Source of the DNA: Candidatus Krumholzibacteriia bacterium
Lineage (GTDB): Bacteria; Krumholzibacteriota; Krumholzibacteriia; LZORAL124-64-63
Length of the DNA: 16,079 bases
Assembly: GCA_036351155.1 (NCBI GenBank)
Contig: JAZBOO010000105.1
Coordinates: forward strand, 1 to 16,079
Direction: 5' to 3'
Part shown: in pieces, positions 1 to 8,215 of the stretch
Position numbering within the stretch: the stretch's first letter is position 1
How the letters are laid out: each line of letters begins with the position of its first letter
Program-made: the position numbers and the translations under genes
Notes under the pieces: model-generated
Told to the model about the DNA's origin: nothing
Databases searched by the model: none
The model's input: the letters and a program-made list of their open reading frames with translations, nothing else

Positions 1-420
1 ATCCACCCGGACCAGGCTCCCCTTCTTGACCGCCATATCCGCCCCGCCCGTCAGCCGAGAAATCAGCGTGCTGAAGTCGGGTTCATGCCCCACCAGCACC
101 AGCTTGCTAGCCACCGGATGTCGCACCAGCAGGTCCTCCAGGTCGACCATCCCGAAACCACACTCCAGGACCTTTTCCACCTGGCAGGGTACCGCCCACT
201 CCAGTCCGTGGGCAATGATCCGAGCCGTCTGCTCGGCGCGGGTCAAGGGGCTGGTCAGAATGAGATCGGGTTGCCAGTTCATGCGCGACAGGTGCTGGGC
301 CTGGAGTTCAAGCCGCCGACAGCCTTCTGCGGTGAGGGGACGCAGCCGATCATCGCCACCCAGGAAGGCCGAGCGATCTGCCAGGCCATGCCTCAGAAAA
401 TACAGCTGGCGCGTCATCAT
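1..420 (-). CDS. sixA: Phosphohistidine phosphatase SixA (histidine phosphatase superfamily), 3' end outside the window
   Basis: Manual translation from ATG at 420: MMTRQLYFLRHGLADRSAFLGGDDRLRPLTAEG...PDLILTSPLTRAEQTA...LVLVGHEPDFSTLISRLTGG...KKGS. It has the RHG, RPLT, SPLxRAxQTA and VGHEP motifs. The start overlaps the ppk1 stop (ATGA). Open to position 1, so absent from the ORF track. Confidence 0.9.
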   Translation of the reverse strand, partial: MMTRQLYFLRHGLADRSAFLGGDDRLRPLTAEGCRRLELQAQHLSRMNWQPDLILTSPLTRAEQTARIIAHGLEWAVPCQVEKVLECGFGMVDLEDLLVRHPVASKLVLVGHEPDFSTLISRLTGGADMAVKKGSLVRVD

Positions 421-2540
421 TTCCCCCGGTTTTCGTGATCCACCCGGCCCAGAAACTGTTCATGGATGTCAATGTCACCGGCCGCACGGTCGGTGCCCTC
501 CAGAAGATAGTTCCCTTCCGGCTGCATCATCCAGCGCCGTGCCCCTTCATCCAGGTAGAGGCCCAGCACACGATTGCGCAGGCGCTGCACCAGCTCGGGC
601 GACTCCACAGGAAACAGGGTTTCCACCCGGTGGTCGATGTTGCGGGTCATCAGGTCGGCACTGCCCAGATAGATCTCACTTTGCCCTGCGTTGTGGAAAT
701 AGTAGATACGACTGTGCTCAAGGAATCGGCCCACCACGCTGCGCACGGTGATATTTTCGCTCAGGCCGGGCACGCCCGGACGCAAGCAGCACAATCCCCG
801 CACGATCAAATCGATCTTCACGCCCACCGAGGACGCCTCGTACAGGAGTTCGATCAGGCGACTGTCCACCAGGGAGTTGCACTTGAAGATGAGCTGGGCC
901 TGCCCCCCGTTCCGGGCATGGTCCATTTCCCGCCGGATCCGGGCTTCCAGTCCGGACCGCAAACTCAAGGGCGCCACCAGCAGTTTGCGGAACTCCGAGA
1001 TATTGGAGCGACCCGTCAGATAATTGAACAGGTCGGTCAGGTCGGCTCCGAACTCCTCACGACAGGTAAAAAAGCCAAAGTCCTCATAGATCCGGCTGGT
1101 CGTATGGTTGTAGTTGCCGGTCCCCAGGTGAACATACTGGCGGAGATCCTGACCCTCTCGCCGGATCACCATGAGGGTCTTGGCGTGGGTTTTCAAGCCG
1201 ACCATGCCGTAGATGACATGGACGCCTTCGCGCTCCAGCTTGCGGGCCCAGCCGATGTTGCTGGCCTCGTCAAACCGGGCCTTCAACTCCACCAGAACGG
1301 TGACCTGCTTGCGGTGTTCCCGACGAGCTTCGAGCAAAAGATCGACCACCGGGGACTTGGGTCCCACCCGGTACAAGGTCTGTTTGATGGCCAGCACATC
1401 AGGATCGTGAACCGCCGCGGCCAAGAAGTCGATGACCGGATCAAAGGATTCATACGGGTGGTGGAGCAGGATGTCGCCGAACCTGATAGCCGCGAAAATA
1501 TCGCGGTCACGCTTGTCCGACTTCATCGTTTCGATCACCCGCGGCTTGATGGGCTTGTCTTTCAGGTCATAGCGCTCGACCTCGAAAAGCTGACCGAGGT
1601 TGCTCAGGGCCAGCGGGCCCGGCAAATCGTAGACATCGTTATGATTGACCTGCAGGTTCTCGGTCAGAATCCGCCGGCTGGACTTGGGCATTTTCTTGTC
1701 CACCGACAGCCGGATCACGGGACTGAAGCGTCGGGTATGCAGGTTCTCGGCCATGGTCTCCAGGAGGTCGGCAGCCTCCAGCTCCTGCAGAGCGATATCC
1801 GCGTTCCGGGTCACACGGAAGGGGTGAGCCTCGACCACCTCATTCCCAGGAAAAAGCTGATCCAGATGAGCGGTGACCACTTCCTCGAGCATGACGAAAT
1901 AATGATTGTGGGGAACTGTCCCGTCACGACGCTGGCCACCGCTGCTCTTCTTCAGCGGGACCAGTCGGGGCAAGAGCGCCGGCACCTTGACCCTCGCGAA
2001 ATGATCTTCGCCATCGTCGTCCCTGATCTGGACGGCCAGGTTCAAGCTGAGGTTGGAGATGTGGGGAAACGGATGCCCCGGATCGAAAGCCTGCGGGGTG
2101 AGCACAGGAAAAATAGAACGCTGGAAATAGGACGCCAGCTGGCCGCGCTGCTTGTCGCTCAGCTCGGAATACCCCAGGACAAAGATTCCGTTTCGCGCCA
2201 GCTCAGGCTTCAGCTGACCGTACCAGAGATCCGAGGCCTGGGTCATCAGATCCTCGGCCACTGTCCGGAGGTCAGCCAGTTGCTCCGCAGGAGTTTTTCC
2301 ATCAATGGACAGCTCGATCGTGCGTGCCCGCTGCTGCATCACCAGCCCGCCCACCCGGACCATGAAGAACTCATCCAGATTGCTGCCCAGGATGGAAAGG
2401 AATTTGATTCTTTCCAGCAATGGGTTACGCTCGTCTCGGGCTTCATGGAGCACCCGATACTGGAAGTTGAGCAGGCCGATTTCCCGATTGACGAAAAGGT
2501 CAGCAGCCCGGCCCGCTTGGGAAGCGGCAGTATGGTCCAT
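417..2540 (-). CDS. ppk1: Polyphosphate kinase 1
   Basis: Motifs NRE, SNLDEFFMVRV, HPFPHISNLSLN, HHPYESF, IKQTLYR, ELKARFDE, KTHAK (phospho-His), GTGNYN and GRFLEHSR. Start at ATG 2540 preferred because GAAAGG lies just upstream; the ORF-track start at 2567 is possible. Confidence 0.97.
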   Translation of the reverse strand: MDHTAASQAGRAADLFVNREIGLLNFQYRVLHEARDERNPLLERIKFLSILGSNLDEFFMVRVGGLVMQQRARTIELSIDGKTPAEQLADLRTVAEDLMTQASDLWYGQLKPELARNGIFVLGYSELSDKQRGQLASYFQRSIFPVLTPQAFDPGHPFPHISNLSLNLAVQIRDDDGEDHFARVKVPALLPRLVPLKKSSGGQRRDGTVPHNHYFVMLEEVVTAHLDQLFPGNEVVEAHPFRVTRNADIALQELEAADLLETMAENLHTRRFSPVIRLSVDKKMPKSSRRILTENLQVNHNDVYDLPGPLALSNLGQLFEVERYDLKDKPIKPRVIETMKSDKRDRDIFAAIRFGDILLHHPYESFDPVIDFLAAAVHDPDVLAIKQTLYRVGPKSPVVDLLLEARREHRKQVTVLVELKARFDEASNIGWARKLEREGVHVIYGMVGLKTHAKTLMVIRREGQDLRQYVHLGTGNYNHTTSRIYEDFGFFTCREEFGADLTDLFNYLTGRSNISEFRKLLVAPLSLRSGLEARIRREMDHARNGGQAQLIFKCNSLVDSRLIELLYEASSVGVKIDLIVRGLCCLRPGVPGLSENITVRSVVGRFLEHSRIYYFHNAGQSEIYLGSADLMTRNIDHRVETLFPVESPELVQRLRNRVLGLYLDEGARRWMMQPEGNYLLEGTDRAAGDIDIHEQFLGRVDHENRGK

Positions 2541-2578
2541 GGTTACCTTTCCGGATGATACAGACATATTGTGAGCGA

Positions 2579-2607
2579 ACGCTAACCTGTCTTCACTATT
2601 TTTTCCA
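2579..2607 (-). promoter_or_regulatory. Possible sigma-70-type promoter for ppk1-sixA
   Basis: Minus strand TGGAAA-N17-TAGCGT. The -10 is embedded in GACAGGTTAG, also found at the ptsH promoter. Moderate consensus match only. Confidence 0.35.
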
Positions 2608-2698
2608 TGCGGCGGGAACGCTTTTACAAGATATTAACACCGAGAAAAGTGGCCAAACCACCAACATTCACTCCGACCCAGGATGGTCCAGCGCGCAC

Positions 2699-2881
2699 AT
2701 GGCCAAGAAGCTCAAGGAAATCTGCAAGTGGGACAAGGGCAGCTTCGAAAAGAACCTGCCGGAATTGATCAAGGTGGTCACCAACCCCCAGTATGCCTGT
2801 AAATCCTGCGGGCGCGTGTCCCACGCCAAGAAACACGTGTGCAAACCCCTCAAGTTTCCTGCTCCTCCCGAAAAGGACTGA
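2699..2881 (+). CDS. Small Cys/Lys-rich hypothetical protein (60 aa), putative metal-binding
   Basis: MAKKLKEICKWDKGSFEKNLPELIKVVTNPQYACKSCGRVSHAKKHVCKPLKFPAPPEKD, with C9, C34xxC37 and C48. G/C-ending codons dominate and it fills the intergenic gap. ATG 2699 preferred over 2555. Confidence 0.75.
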   Translation: MAKKLKEICKWDKGSFEKNLPELIKVVTNPQYACKSCGRVSHAKKHVCKPLKFPAPPEKD

Positions 2882-2897
2882 AACTCCCCCATCCCTG

Positions 2898-2934
2898 AAA
2901 AAAAGCCGCCCCTTCCCGATGGAAAGGACGGCTC
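2898..2934 (-). terminator. Rho-independent terminator downstream of metK
   Basis: Minus strand GAGCCGTCCTTTCC-ATCG-GGAAGGGGCGGCTT plus a T-run (7 T total). A 14-bp stem with G-U pairs that form only on the minus transcript, 21 nt after the metK stop. Confidence 0.9.
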
Positions 2935-2955
2935 ATTAGTTTCAGGACTCCGGCA

Positions 2956-4098
2956 TCAAAGCGCGTTCTTCAACGCCTCTACCAGATCTTCCTTTTCCCA
3001 GGTGAACTCCACATCGCTGCGGCCAAAGTGCCCGTAGGCCGCAGTTTGACGGAACACGGGCTTGCGCAGATCCAGACGTTCGATGATGCCCTGGGGCGTC
3101 ATGTCCGCCACCTTGCGCACCGCCGCGGTGATGGCCTCGTCGGCCACCTGACCGGTGCCGTAGGTGTCCACGGTGATGGACACGGGCTCGGCCACGCCAA
3201 TGGCATAGGCCACCTGCACCTGGCAGCGCTCCGCCAGGCCCGCAGCCACGATGTTCTTCGCCAGATGGCGAGCCGCGTAGGCTCCGGAACGATCGACCTT
3301 GGTGGTGTCCTTGCCGCTGAAGGCCCCCCCTCCGTGGGCCGCGCTCCCGCCGTAGGTGTCCACGATGATCTTCCGCCCCGTCAGACCACAATCTCCCAGG
3401 GGACCCCCCACCACGAAACGTCCCGTGGGGTTGATGTGGGCCTTGTAGCCCGCGTGGTCGATGGCGAAATCGGCCAGCACCGGTTCGATCACGTGGGTCC
3501 TGATGCCCTGGTGGATGTCGTCATTGCTGACACCGTCATCGTGCTGGGTCGACACGACCACCGTGTCCACGGCCACGGGGCGGTTGTCCTCGTAGCGGGC
3601 GGTGATCTGGGTCTTGCCGTCCGGGCGCACCCAGGGCAGCGTGCCGTCCTTGCGCACCGCAGCCAGGCGCTGAGCCATGCGGTGGGCCATGGTGATGGGC
3701 AGGGGCATGAGCACGTCGGTTTCGCGGCAGGCGTAACCGAACATCAACCCCTGATCGCCGGCTCCACCAGGGTTGACTCCCATGGCGATGTCCCCGGACT
3801 GCTCGTCGATGGAGGTCAGCACGGCGCAGGTTTCGGCGTCGAATCCGTAGTCGGCCGAGGTGTAACCGATTTCGCGGATGGTCCGCCGGACAATCACCGG
3901 AATGTCCACATAGGTCTGGGTGGTGATTTCCCCGCCCAGGAAAGCCACTCCCGTGGTCACCATGGTTTCACAGGCAATCCGGCCGGTGGGGTCTTCGTTC
4001 AAGATCGCGTCGACCACGGCATCGGAAATCTGGTCGGCCACCTTGTCCGGATGGCCCTCGGTGACGGATTCACTGGTGAAAAGGAAATTTTTGCTCAT
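2956..4098 (-). CDS. metK: S-adenosylmethionine synthetase
   Basis: [47 protein letters not shown] and TAAYGHFGR signatures; 380 aa. Confidence 0.98.
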   Translation of the reverse strand: MSKNFLFTSESVTEGHPDKVADQISDAVVDAILNEDPTGRIACETMVTTGVAFLGGEITTQTYVDIPVIVRRTIREIGYTSADYGFDAETCAVLTSIDEQSGDIAMGVNPGGAGDQGLMFGYACRETDVLMPLPITMAHRMAQRLAAVRKDGTLPWVRPDGKTQITARYEDNRPVAVDTVVVSTQHDDGVSNDDIHQGIRTHVIEPVLADFAIDHAGYKAHINPTGRFVVGGPLGDCGLTGRKIIVDTYGGSAAHGGGAFSGKDTTKVDRSGAYAARHLAKNIVAAGLAERCQVQVAYAIGVAEPVSITVDTYGTGQVADEAITAAVRKVADMTPQGIIERLDLRKPVFRQTAAYGHFGRSDVEFTWEKEDLVEALKNAL

Positions 4099-4145
4099 TG
4101 ACGGTCAGTCCTTCCCAGAAAATGGAGGAGTCGACAAGACGACGG

Positions 4146-5258
4146 TTAAAGATTTTCGAGCTGGTCCTTGAGCCGTCCGATCCGTTCCACGGGGACCGGA
4201 TCGACATTCTTCAGCCGGGCCAGATGACAACTCAGGTAATCGCCATACTGGACCAGAGACAACACGCGCGCCAGGGGGCGCTCGCCGCTGGCCAGGATCC
4301 CATGAATAACCGGGAATTCGCCCCTGAGCAACTCCCGGGTGATCCGGACCCTGGCCTCGATGCGCTCATTATCCAGCTTCCCGGCCAGAATGAGAAGGAC
4401 AAACCGGCCGCGATCGGCAGCGGAGAGTTCCCATCCCACCAGGTCGTTGTGGTTCAGTTCAGGAAACACACCCAGGCACACCGGGGCCTTGCTGTTCTCG
4501 TTGATCTGCCCCTTGAGGCGCACGCCCGCTCCCCGGGCTTCCAGACCGGCGGTGTACAGAACGGGCACCGCATTGACCAGCTGGGCCGCCAGCTCGGCGG
4601 CCCCCACCATGCCGGCGGGATCCGCGGGGCAAACCGCGGTGGCCTGATCAAGGAACTCCGTGCCCACCGGCCAGAGCCGCACGGGATTCAGCCGGCGGAG
4701 AACCGCCACGGCCTCGGCCATTTCCTGTTCCACATCGCTCACCAGACCCAGCCGCCCCAGGACACGCACCAGAGCACCCAGACCGTAGCCCAGCGAGGCA
4801 CGAGGCGGCAAGCCCCCCGGCAAGGTCACCAGGGCAAAGGGAGCCCCTCCCTCCCCCTCGGCGGCCTTTTGCAGACGCCCACCGGAGGAGATCCCCAGGA
4901 CAGGGCACCCGCGGCGGCGAGCCTCCACCAGGGCACTCAGACTTTCCTCGGTGTTGCCCGAATAGCTGGCCACCAGGATCAAGGTCTGGCGGTTGGCCCA
5001 GTGGGGCAGGCCATAATCACGCCAGACATCCAGGGAAACAGGCTGGTGCTCCAGCAGGGGCTGCACCAGGTCGCCCGCGATGGCCGATCCCCCCATGCCG
5101 CAGAGCAAAATCCGGGAGAATGGCGCCTCCGGCGGGGCGATGGCCGGCAGCCCCTCGAGGTCGGCACTGGCTTCCAGCTGGTCGGGCAAGGCGGCGATGA
5201 GCCGGAACATTTCCCCCGAACCGCCGGTGGGCCAGCCCTGTGCGTGTTCCTGTGTCAT
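4146..5258 (-). CDS. Bifunctional phosphoglucose/phosphomannose isomerase (SIS plus PGI/PMI C-terminal domain)
   Basis: GMGGSAIAG, SYSGNTEE, SSGG, PRA, QINENSK and PELNHN motifs. True start is ATG 5258, overlapping the ptsI stop (ATGA), giving 370 aa; the 520-aa ORF-track version overlaps ptsI. Confidence 0.88.
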   Translation of the reverse strand: MTQEHAQGWPTGGSGEMFRLIAALPDQLEASADLEGLPAIAPPEAPFSRILLCGMGGSAIAGDLVQPLLEHQPVSLDVWRDYGLPHWANRQTLILVASYSGNTEESLSALVEARRRGCPVLGISSGGRLQKAAEGEGGAPFALVTLPGGLPPRASLGYGLGALVRVLGRLGLVSDVEQEMAEAVAVLRRLNPVRLWPVGTEFLDQATAVCPADPAGMVGAAELAAQLVNAVPVLYTAGLEARGAGVRLKGQINENSKAPVCLGVFPELNHNDLVGWELSAADRGRFVLLILAGKLDNERIEARVRITRELLRGEFPVIHGILASGERPLARVLSLVQYGDYLSCHLARLKNVDPVPVERIGRLKDQLENL

Positions 5259-7048
5259 GAGTGGTCCTTCTCGGGTGAAGCGGTTTTTTTTGACGTGGCA
5301 GCCTGGGCTGCGAAGCGGGCCGCCTTCCGCCGGGCAATGAATTCGGCCAGGTAGGTGTTGGCCTCCTCGGCGGTGGCCAGGTTGCACAGATGGTCCACCA
5401 GCTGGACAGCGTCCTCGTAGGTGGTCCAGCGGATCACCTGCTTGATCTTGGGCAAGGCCGCGCCATGCAGGCTGATCTCGTCCAGTCCCAGGCCCAGCAG
5501 GACCTCGGCCAGCCGGGTTTCCGAACCCATTTCGCCACAAAGGCCCACCCAGATCCCCGCCTCGTGGGCCGCCCGCACGGTTTGCCTGATGCTCCGCAAG
5601 ATGGCCGGATGCAGGGGCTGATACAGGTAGGAAACCCGGGCATTGCCCCGGTCCATGGCCAGGGTGTACTGGATCAAGTCGTTGCTGCCGATGCTGAAGA
5701 AATCGCATTCGCGGGCCAGCTTGTCCGACGTCAGAACGGCGGAGGGAGTTTCGATCATCAGGCCCACGGGCAGGTCGGCCACGTGTTCCAGGCCCTCAGA
5801 CTCCAGCTCGGCCAGAGCTTCGGACAGAACGGCCTTGGCCTCCCGCAATTCACCCACGCCGGTGATCATGGGGAACATGATCTTGACCGGACCGTGCACC
5901 GCAGCCCGGCAAATGGCGCGCAGCTGGGTCTTGAACAGGGGGCGGTTGGCCAGCAGGAATCGGATCCCCCGCCAGCCCAGAAAGGGGTTGTACTCTCGGG
6001 TGGCCCCCAGGTAATCGGAGATCTTGTCCCCACCCACATCCAGGGTGCGAAACACCACCGAGCGGCCTCCCATGCCCTTGACCATGTCACTGTATAGTTC
6101 CACCTGCTGGTCTTCGCTGGGAATGTCGTGGAGCATGAAGAACAGATACTCGGTCCGCAGCAGGCCTATGCCTTCGGCGCCGCGGGCCAGAGCCTCATCC
6201 ACTTCCACCGGAAACTCGATGTTGGCCATCATGTGCACCCGGTGACCATCGGGTGTCACGGCATCCAGGTCCCGCAATCCCGCCAGCTTTTCATTGGTCA
6301 CCCCGGCCAGCTTCTGGTGTCGCCGGAATTCCTGAATCAATTCCTGATCCGGGTCCAGGTGCAGGTGACCCTCCTCACCGTCGACCGCCACCTCCTGCCC
6401 CGTGGACAGCCCTCCCACCACGGATTTCAACCCCACGATGGCCGGCACTCCGATGGAGCGGGCCAGAATGGCCACATGGCTTGTGCTGCCCCCCTCATCC
6501 ATGATGAAGCCCAGGACGTTATCCCGCCCCAGCACGGCCGTGTCGCTGGGGGTCAGATTGCGCGCCGCCACCACCGAAGGGACCTGTGGTAATTCCAGCT
6601 CACCGGTGTTGTCGCCGTTGAAAGCCCGCAACACTCGCTGCTCGATGTCGTGAATGTCATTGACCCGCTCGCGGAAGACCTCGTCCTCAATTTCCAGGAA
6701 GCGCGAGGCGATGTCGCCCACCGCACGGGCAAAGGCAGCCTCGGCATTGATCCGCTCCAGGCGAATCAAGGCCAGGGTGGCGTCCCAGACCATCTCATCC
6801 TCGAGAATCAGCAGCTGGGCCGACAGGATCTCGGCTTCCTCGGGCCCGAGCTCGGTGCTCAGTCGCTCGATGAGTCCGCTGACCTCGACCTTGGCCTTGT
6901 CAATGGCCTTCCGGAAACGCTCGATCTGCCGGGGAATATCCTTCGTCGGCACGGTGCGACGCACTGGCACAATGGTCCGCTTGCTGATGACATGGATGGG
7001 ACCAACAGCATACCCCGCGGAAGCGGCGATTCCTGTGAATGTTTTCAT
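5255..7048 (-). CDS. ptsI: PTS enzyme I (PEP-protein phosphotransferase), no GAF domain
   Basis: GGSTSHVAILARS (phospho-His), GLLRTEYLF, RTLDVGGDK, NPFLGWRGIR, MIETP, SIGSNDLIQY and CGEM; 597 aa starting at GIAAS. Confidence 0.96.
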   Translation of the reverse strand: MKTFTGIAASAGYAVGPIHVISKRTIVPVRRTVPTKDIPRQIERFRKAIDKAKVEVSGLIERLSTELGPEEAEILSAQLLILEDEMVWDATLALIRLERINAEAAFARAVGDIASRFLEIEDEVFRERVNDIHDIEQRVLRAFNGDNTGELELPQVPSVVAARNLTPSDTAVLGRDNVLGFIMDEGGSTSHVAILARSIGVPAIVGLKSVVGGLSTGQEVAVDGEEGHLHLDPDQELIQEFRRHQKLAGVTNEKLAGLRDLDAVTPDGHRVHMMANIEFPVEVDEALARGAEGIGLLRTEYLFFMLHDIPSEDQQVELYSDMVKGMGGRSVVFRTLDVGGDKISDYLGATREYNPFLGWRGIRFLLANRPLFKTQLRAICRAAVHGPVKIMFPMITGVGELREAKAVLSEALAELESEGLEHVADLPVGLMIETPSAVLTSDKLARECDFFSIGSNDLIQYTLAMDRGNARVSYLYQPLHPAILRSIRQTVRAAHEAGIWVGLCGEMGSETRLAEVLLGLGLDEISLHGAALPKIKQVIRWTTYEDAVQLVDHLCNLATAEEANTYLAEFIARRKAARFAAQAATSKKTASPEKDHS

Positions 7049-7073
7049 GGCTATCTCGTGGCTTTTCAGATGG

Positions 7074-7352
7074 TTATTCGAGATTTTCCGGATGGGCCAG
7101 TTCCACCTCGATCAGGTGGATCAACTGTTGCAGAGCCTGGTCTTCATCGGTCCCCTCGACCTCGATGTCGACACTGGTGCCAAATTCAGCCGCCAAGCTG
7201 GCCAACCCCATGATACTTTTGGCGTTGGCCGAGCGGCCATTGTACCTGATGGTCACCTCGGAGGTAAAGGTCTTCGTCAGCTTGACGATGCGACCCGCCG
7301 CACGCAGGTGGAATCCCACAGGATCAGAAACTTTGGCCTGAGCAGTTTTCAA
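7074..7352 (-). CDS. ptsH: Phosphocarrier protein HPr
   Basis: A TTG start at 7352 (AAGGA upstream) puts the His of GFHLRAA at position 15 and the Ser of NAKSIMGL at position 46, the canonical HPr numbering; 92 aa. Confidence 0.93.
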   Translation of the reverse strand: MKTAQAKVSDPVGFHLRAAGRIVKLTKTFTSEVTIRYNGRSANAKSIMGLASLAAEFGTSVDIEVEGTDEDQALQQLIHLIEVELAHPENLE

Positions 7353-7407
7353 TTCCGGTTTCCTTCGCTGGTCCCCGATGGGTGAAATGAACTTGAGAAT
7401 TGGGACC

Positions 7408-7436
7408 AATCTAACCTGTCAACTCTCAAATGGCAA
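7408..7436 (-). promoter_or_regulatory. Internal sigma-70-type promoter upstream of ptsH-ptsI
   Basis: Minus strand TTGCCA (7436-7431)-N17-TAGATT (7413-7408) in a locally AT-richer gap; the -35 lies in the last IID codons. Confidence 0.6.
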
Positions 7437-8214
7437 AGGACAGGAGCAGGGCCAGTCCCAGGGCCAGCCCCAGCAGGGCCTCGCCGGGAAGGCGGCGCCG
7501 CAAAATCAGGGGTAAACCGATCCCCAGGGCCATTCCCACCCAGAGCAGGCCCTTCCCGGCCATGAAATCCCAGTTGCCCACGCTGGACAGGTAACGCCCG
7601 GCCACCGCCCCGGTCAGCACCATGGCCGCCCTCTTGGTCCAGCTTATGGCCCGGTGCCAGTGCGGGTGATTGATCAGATCCACGATGTCCAGACCCAGTT
7701 CATAGCTGCGGCCCAGGGCCCAGAAGCGCAGGAAAAGTTGCAATGCCGCAAAAACGGCCACGATCAGGAAAATGGGCTTGATCAGGCCGTACATCCCCAG
7801 CAAACACAGGGCCATGGTCAGCGCCGGACGTAATCCCAGCCAGAACAGCTGGTCGCCCAGGGAGGCGAAAGCGCGGCACAGGGAGTCGCGAAAACGACGC
7901 GCCATCAGGGTGGGATCCTCACCGCGCGCGGCATGCTCGGTTTCCAGCCGGATCAGCCCGCCAATCAGAAGGTTGGCCAGGTAAGGGTTGGTGTTGAAAT
8001 ACTCGAAGTAACGCCGGCAGAACAACCGGTCGCGGTTGATGTCCCAATGCTGCCGCCTCAACCAGGGAAAGAAGGTGACCAGCAGCCCGAGATTCTGCAT
8101 CCGCTGACCGTTCCATGATCCTTGCAGGGCCAGGGAACGCACGAAGATGCGCCACTGAAGCCACCGCGAAAGGCGGGGAACATCGGTCTCCGGTAGTGTC
8201 GATCCGTTGCTCAA
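7426..8214 (-). CDS. PTS mannose/fructose/sorbose family IID component
   Basis: LQGSWNGQRMQNLG, YFNTNPY and ASLGDQLFW match ManZ-family motifs; hydrophobic C-terminus; TTG start. Confidence 0.9.
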   Translation of the reverse strand: MSNGSTLPETDVPRLSRWLQWRIFVRSLALQGSWNGQRMQNLGLLVTFFPWLRRQHWDINRDRLFCRRYFEYFNTNPYLANLLIGGLIRLETEHAARGEDPTLMARRFRDSLCRAFASLGDQLFWLGLRPALTMALCLLGMYGLIKPIFLIVAVFAALQLFLRFWALGRSYELGLDIVDLINHPHWHRAISWTKRAAMVLTGAVAGRYLSSVGNWDFMAGKGLLWVGMALGIGLPLILRRRLPGEALLGLALGLALLLSFAI

Positions 8215-8215
8215 G

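Noticed and set aside
435..2558. 707-aa plus-strand ORF, and similar long plus-strand ORFs at 3028-4101, 4098-5354, 9664-11001 and 12679-13692
   Set aside because: They are antisense shadows of well-supported minus-strand genes, expected from GC-rich codon bias, and have no recognisable motifs.
2568..2622. ATTGTGAGCG resembling a lac operator half-site, and a GAACGCT repeat with weak cre-like similarity
   Set aside because: Only a half-site matches, with no proper palindromic partner, and no LacI/CcpA gene is in the window.
5259..5708. 150-aa N-terminal extension of PGI/PMI in the ORF track
   Set aside because: It overlaps ptsI in another frame; the ATGA-coupled start at 5258 explains the gene.
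7353..7409. N-terminal extensions of HPr (also HprK 10840-10893 and HPF 11396-11464)
   Set aside because: Downstream starts have clear Shine-Dalgarno sequences and give canonical lengths; HPr His15/Ser46 numbering fixes its start.
7417..7422. Perfect TTGACA on the minus strand as a -35 element
   Set aside because: No acceptable -10 at 16-18 nt; it lies in the spacer of the better TTGCCA/TAGATT pair.
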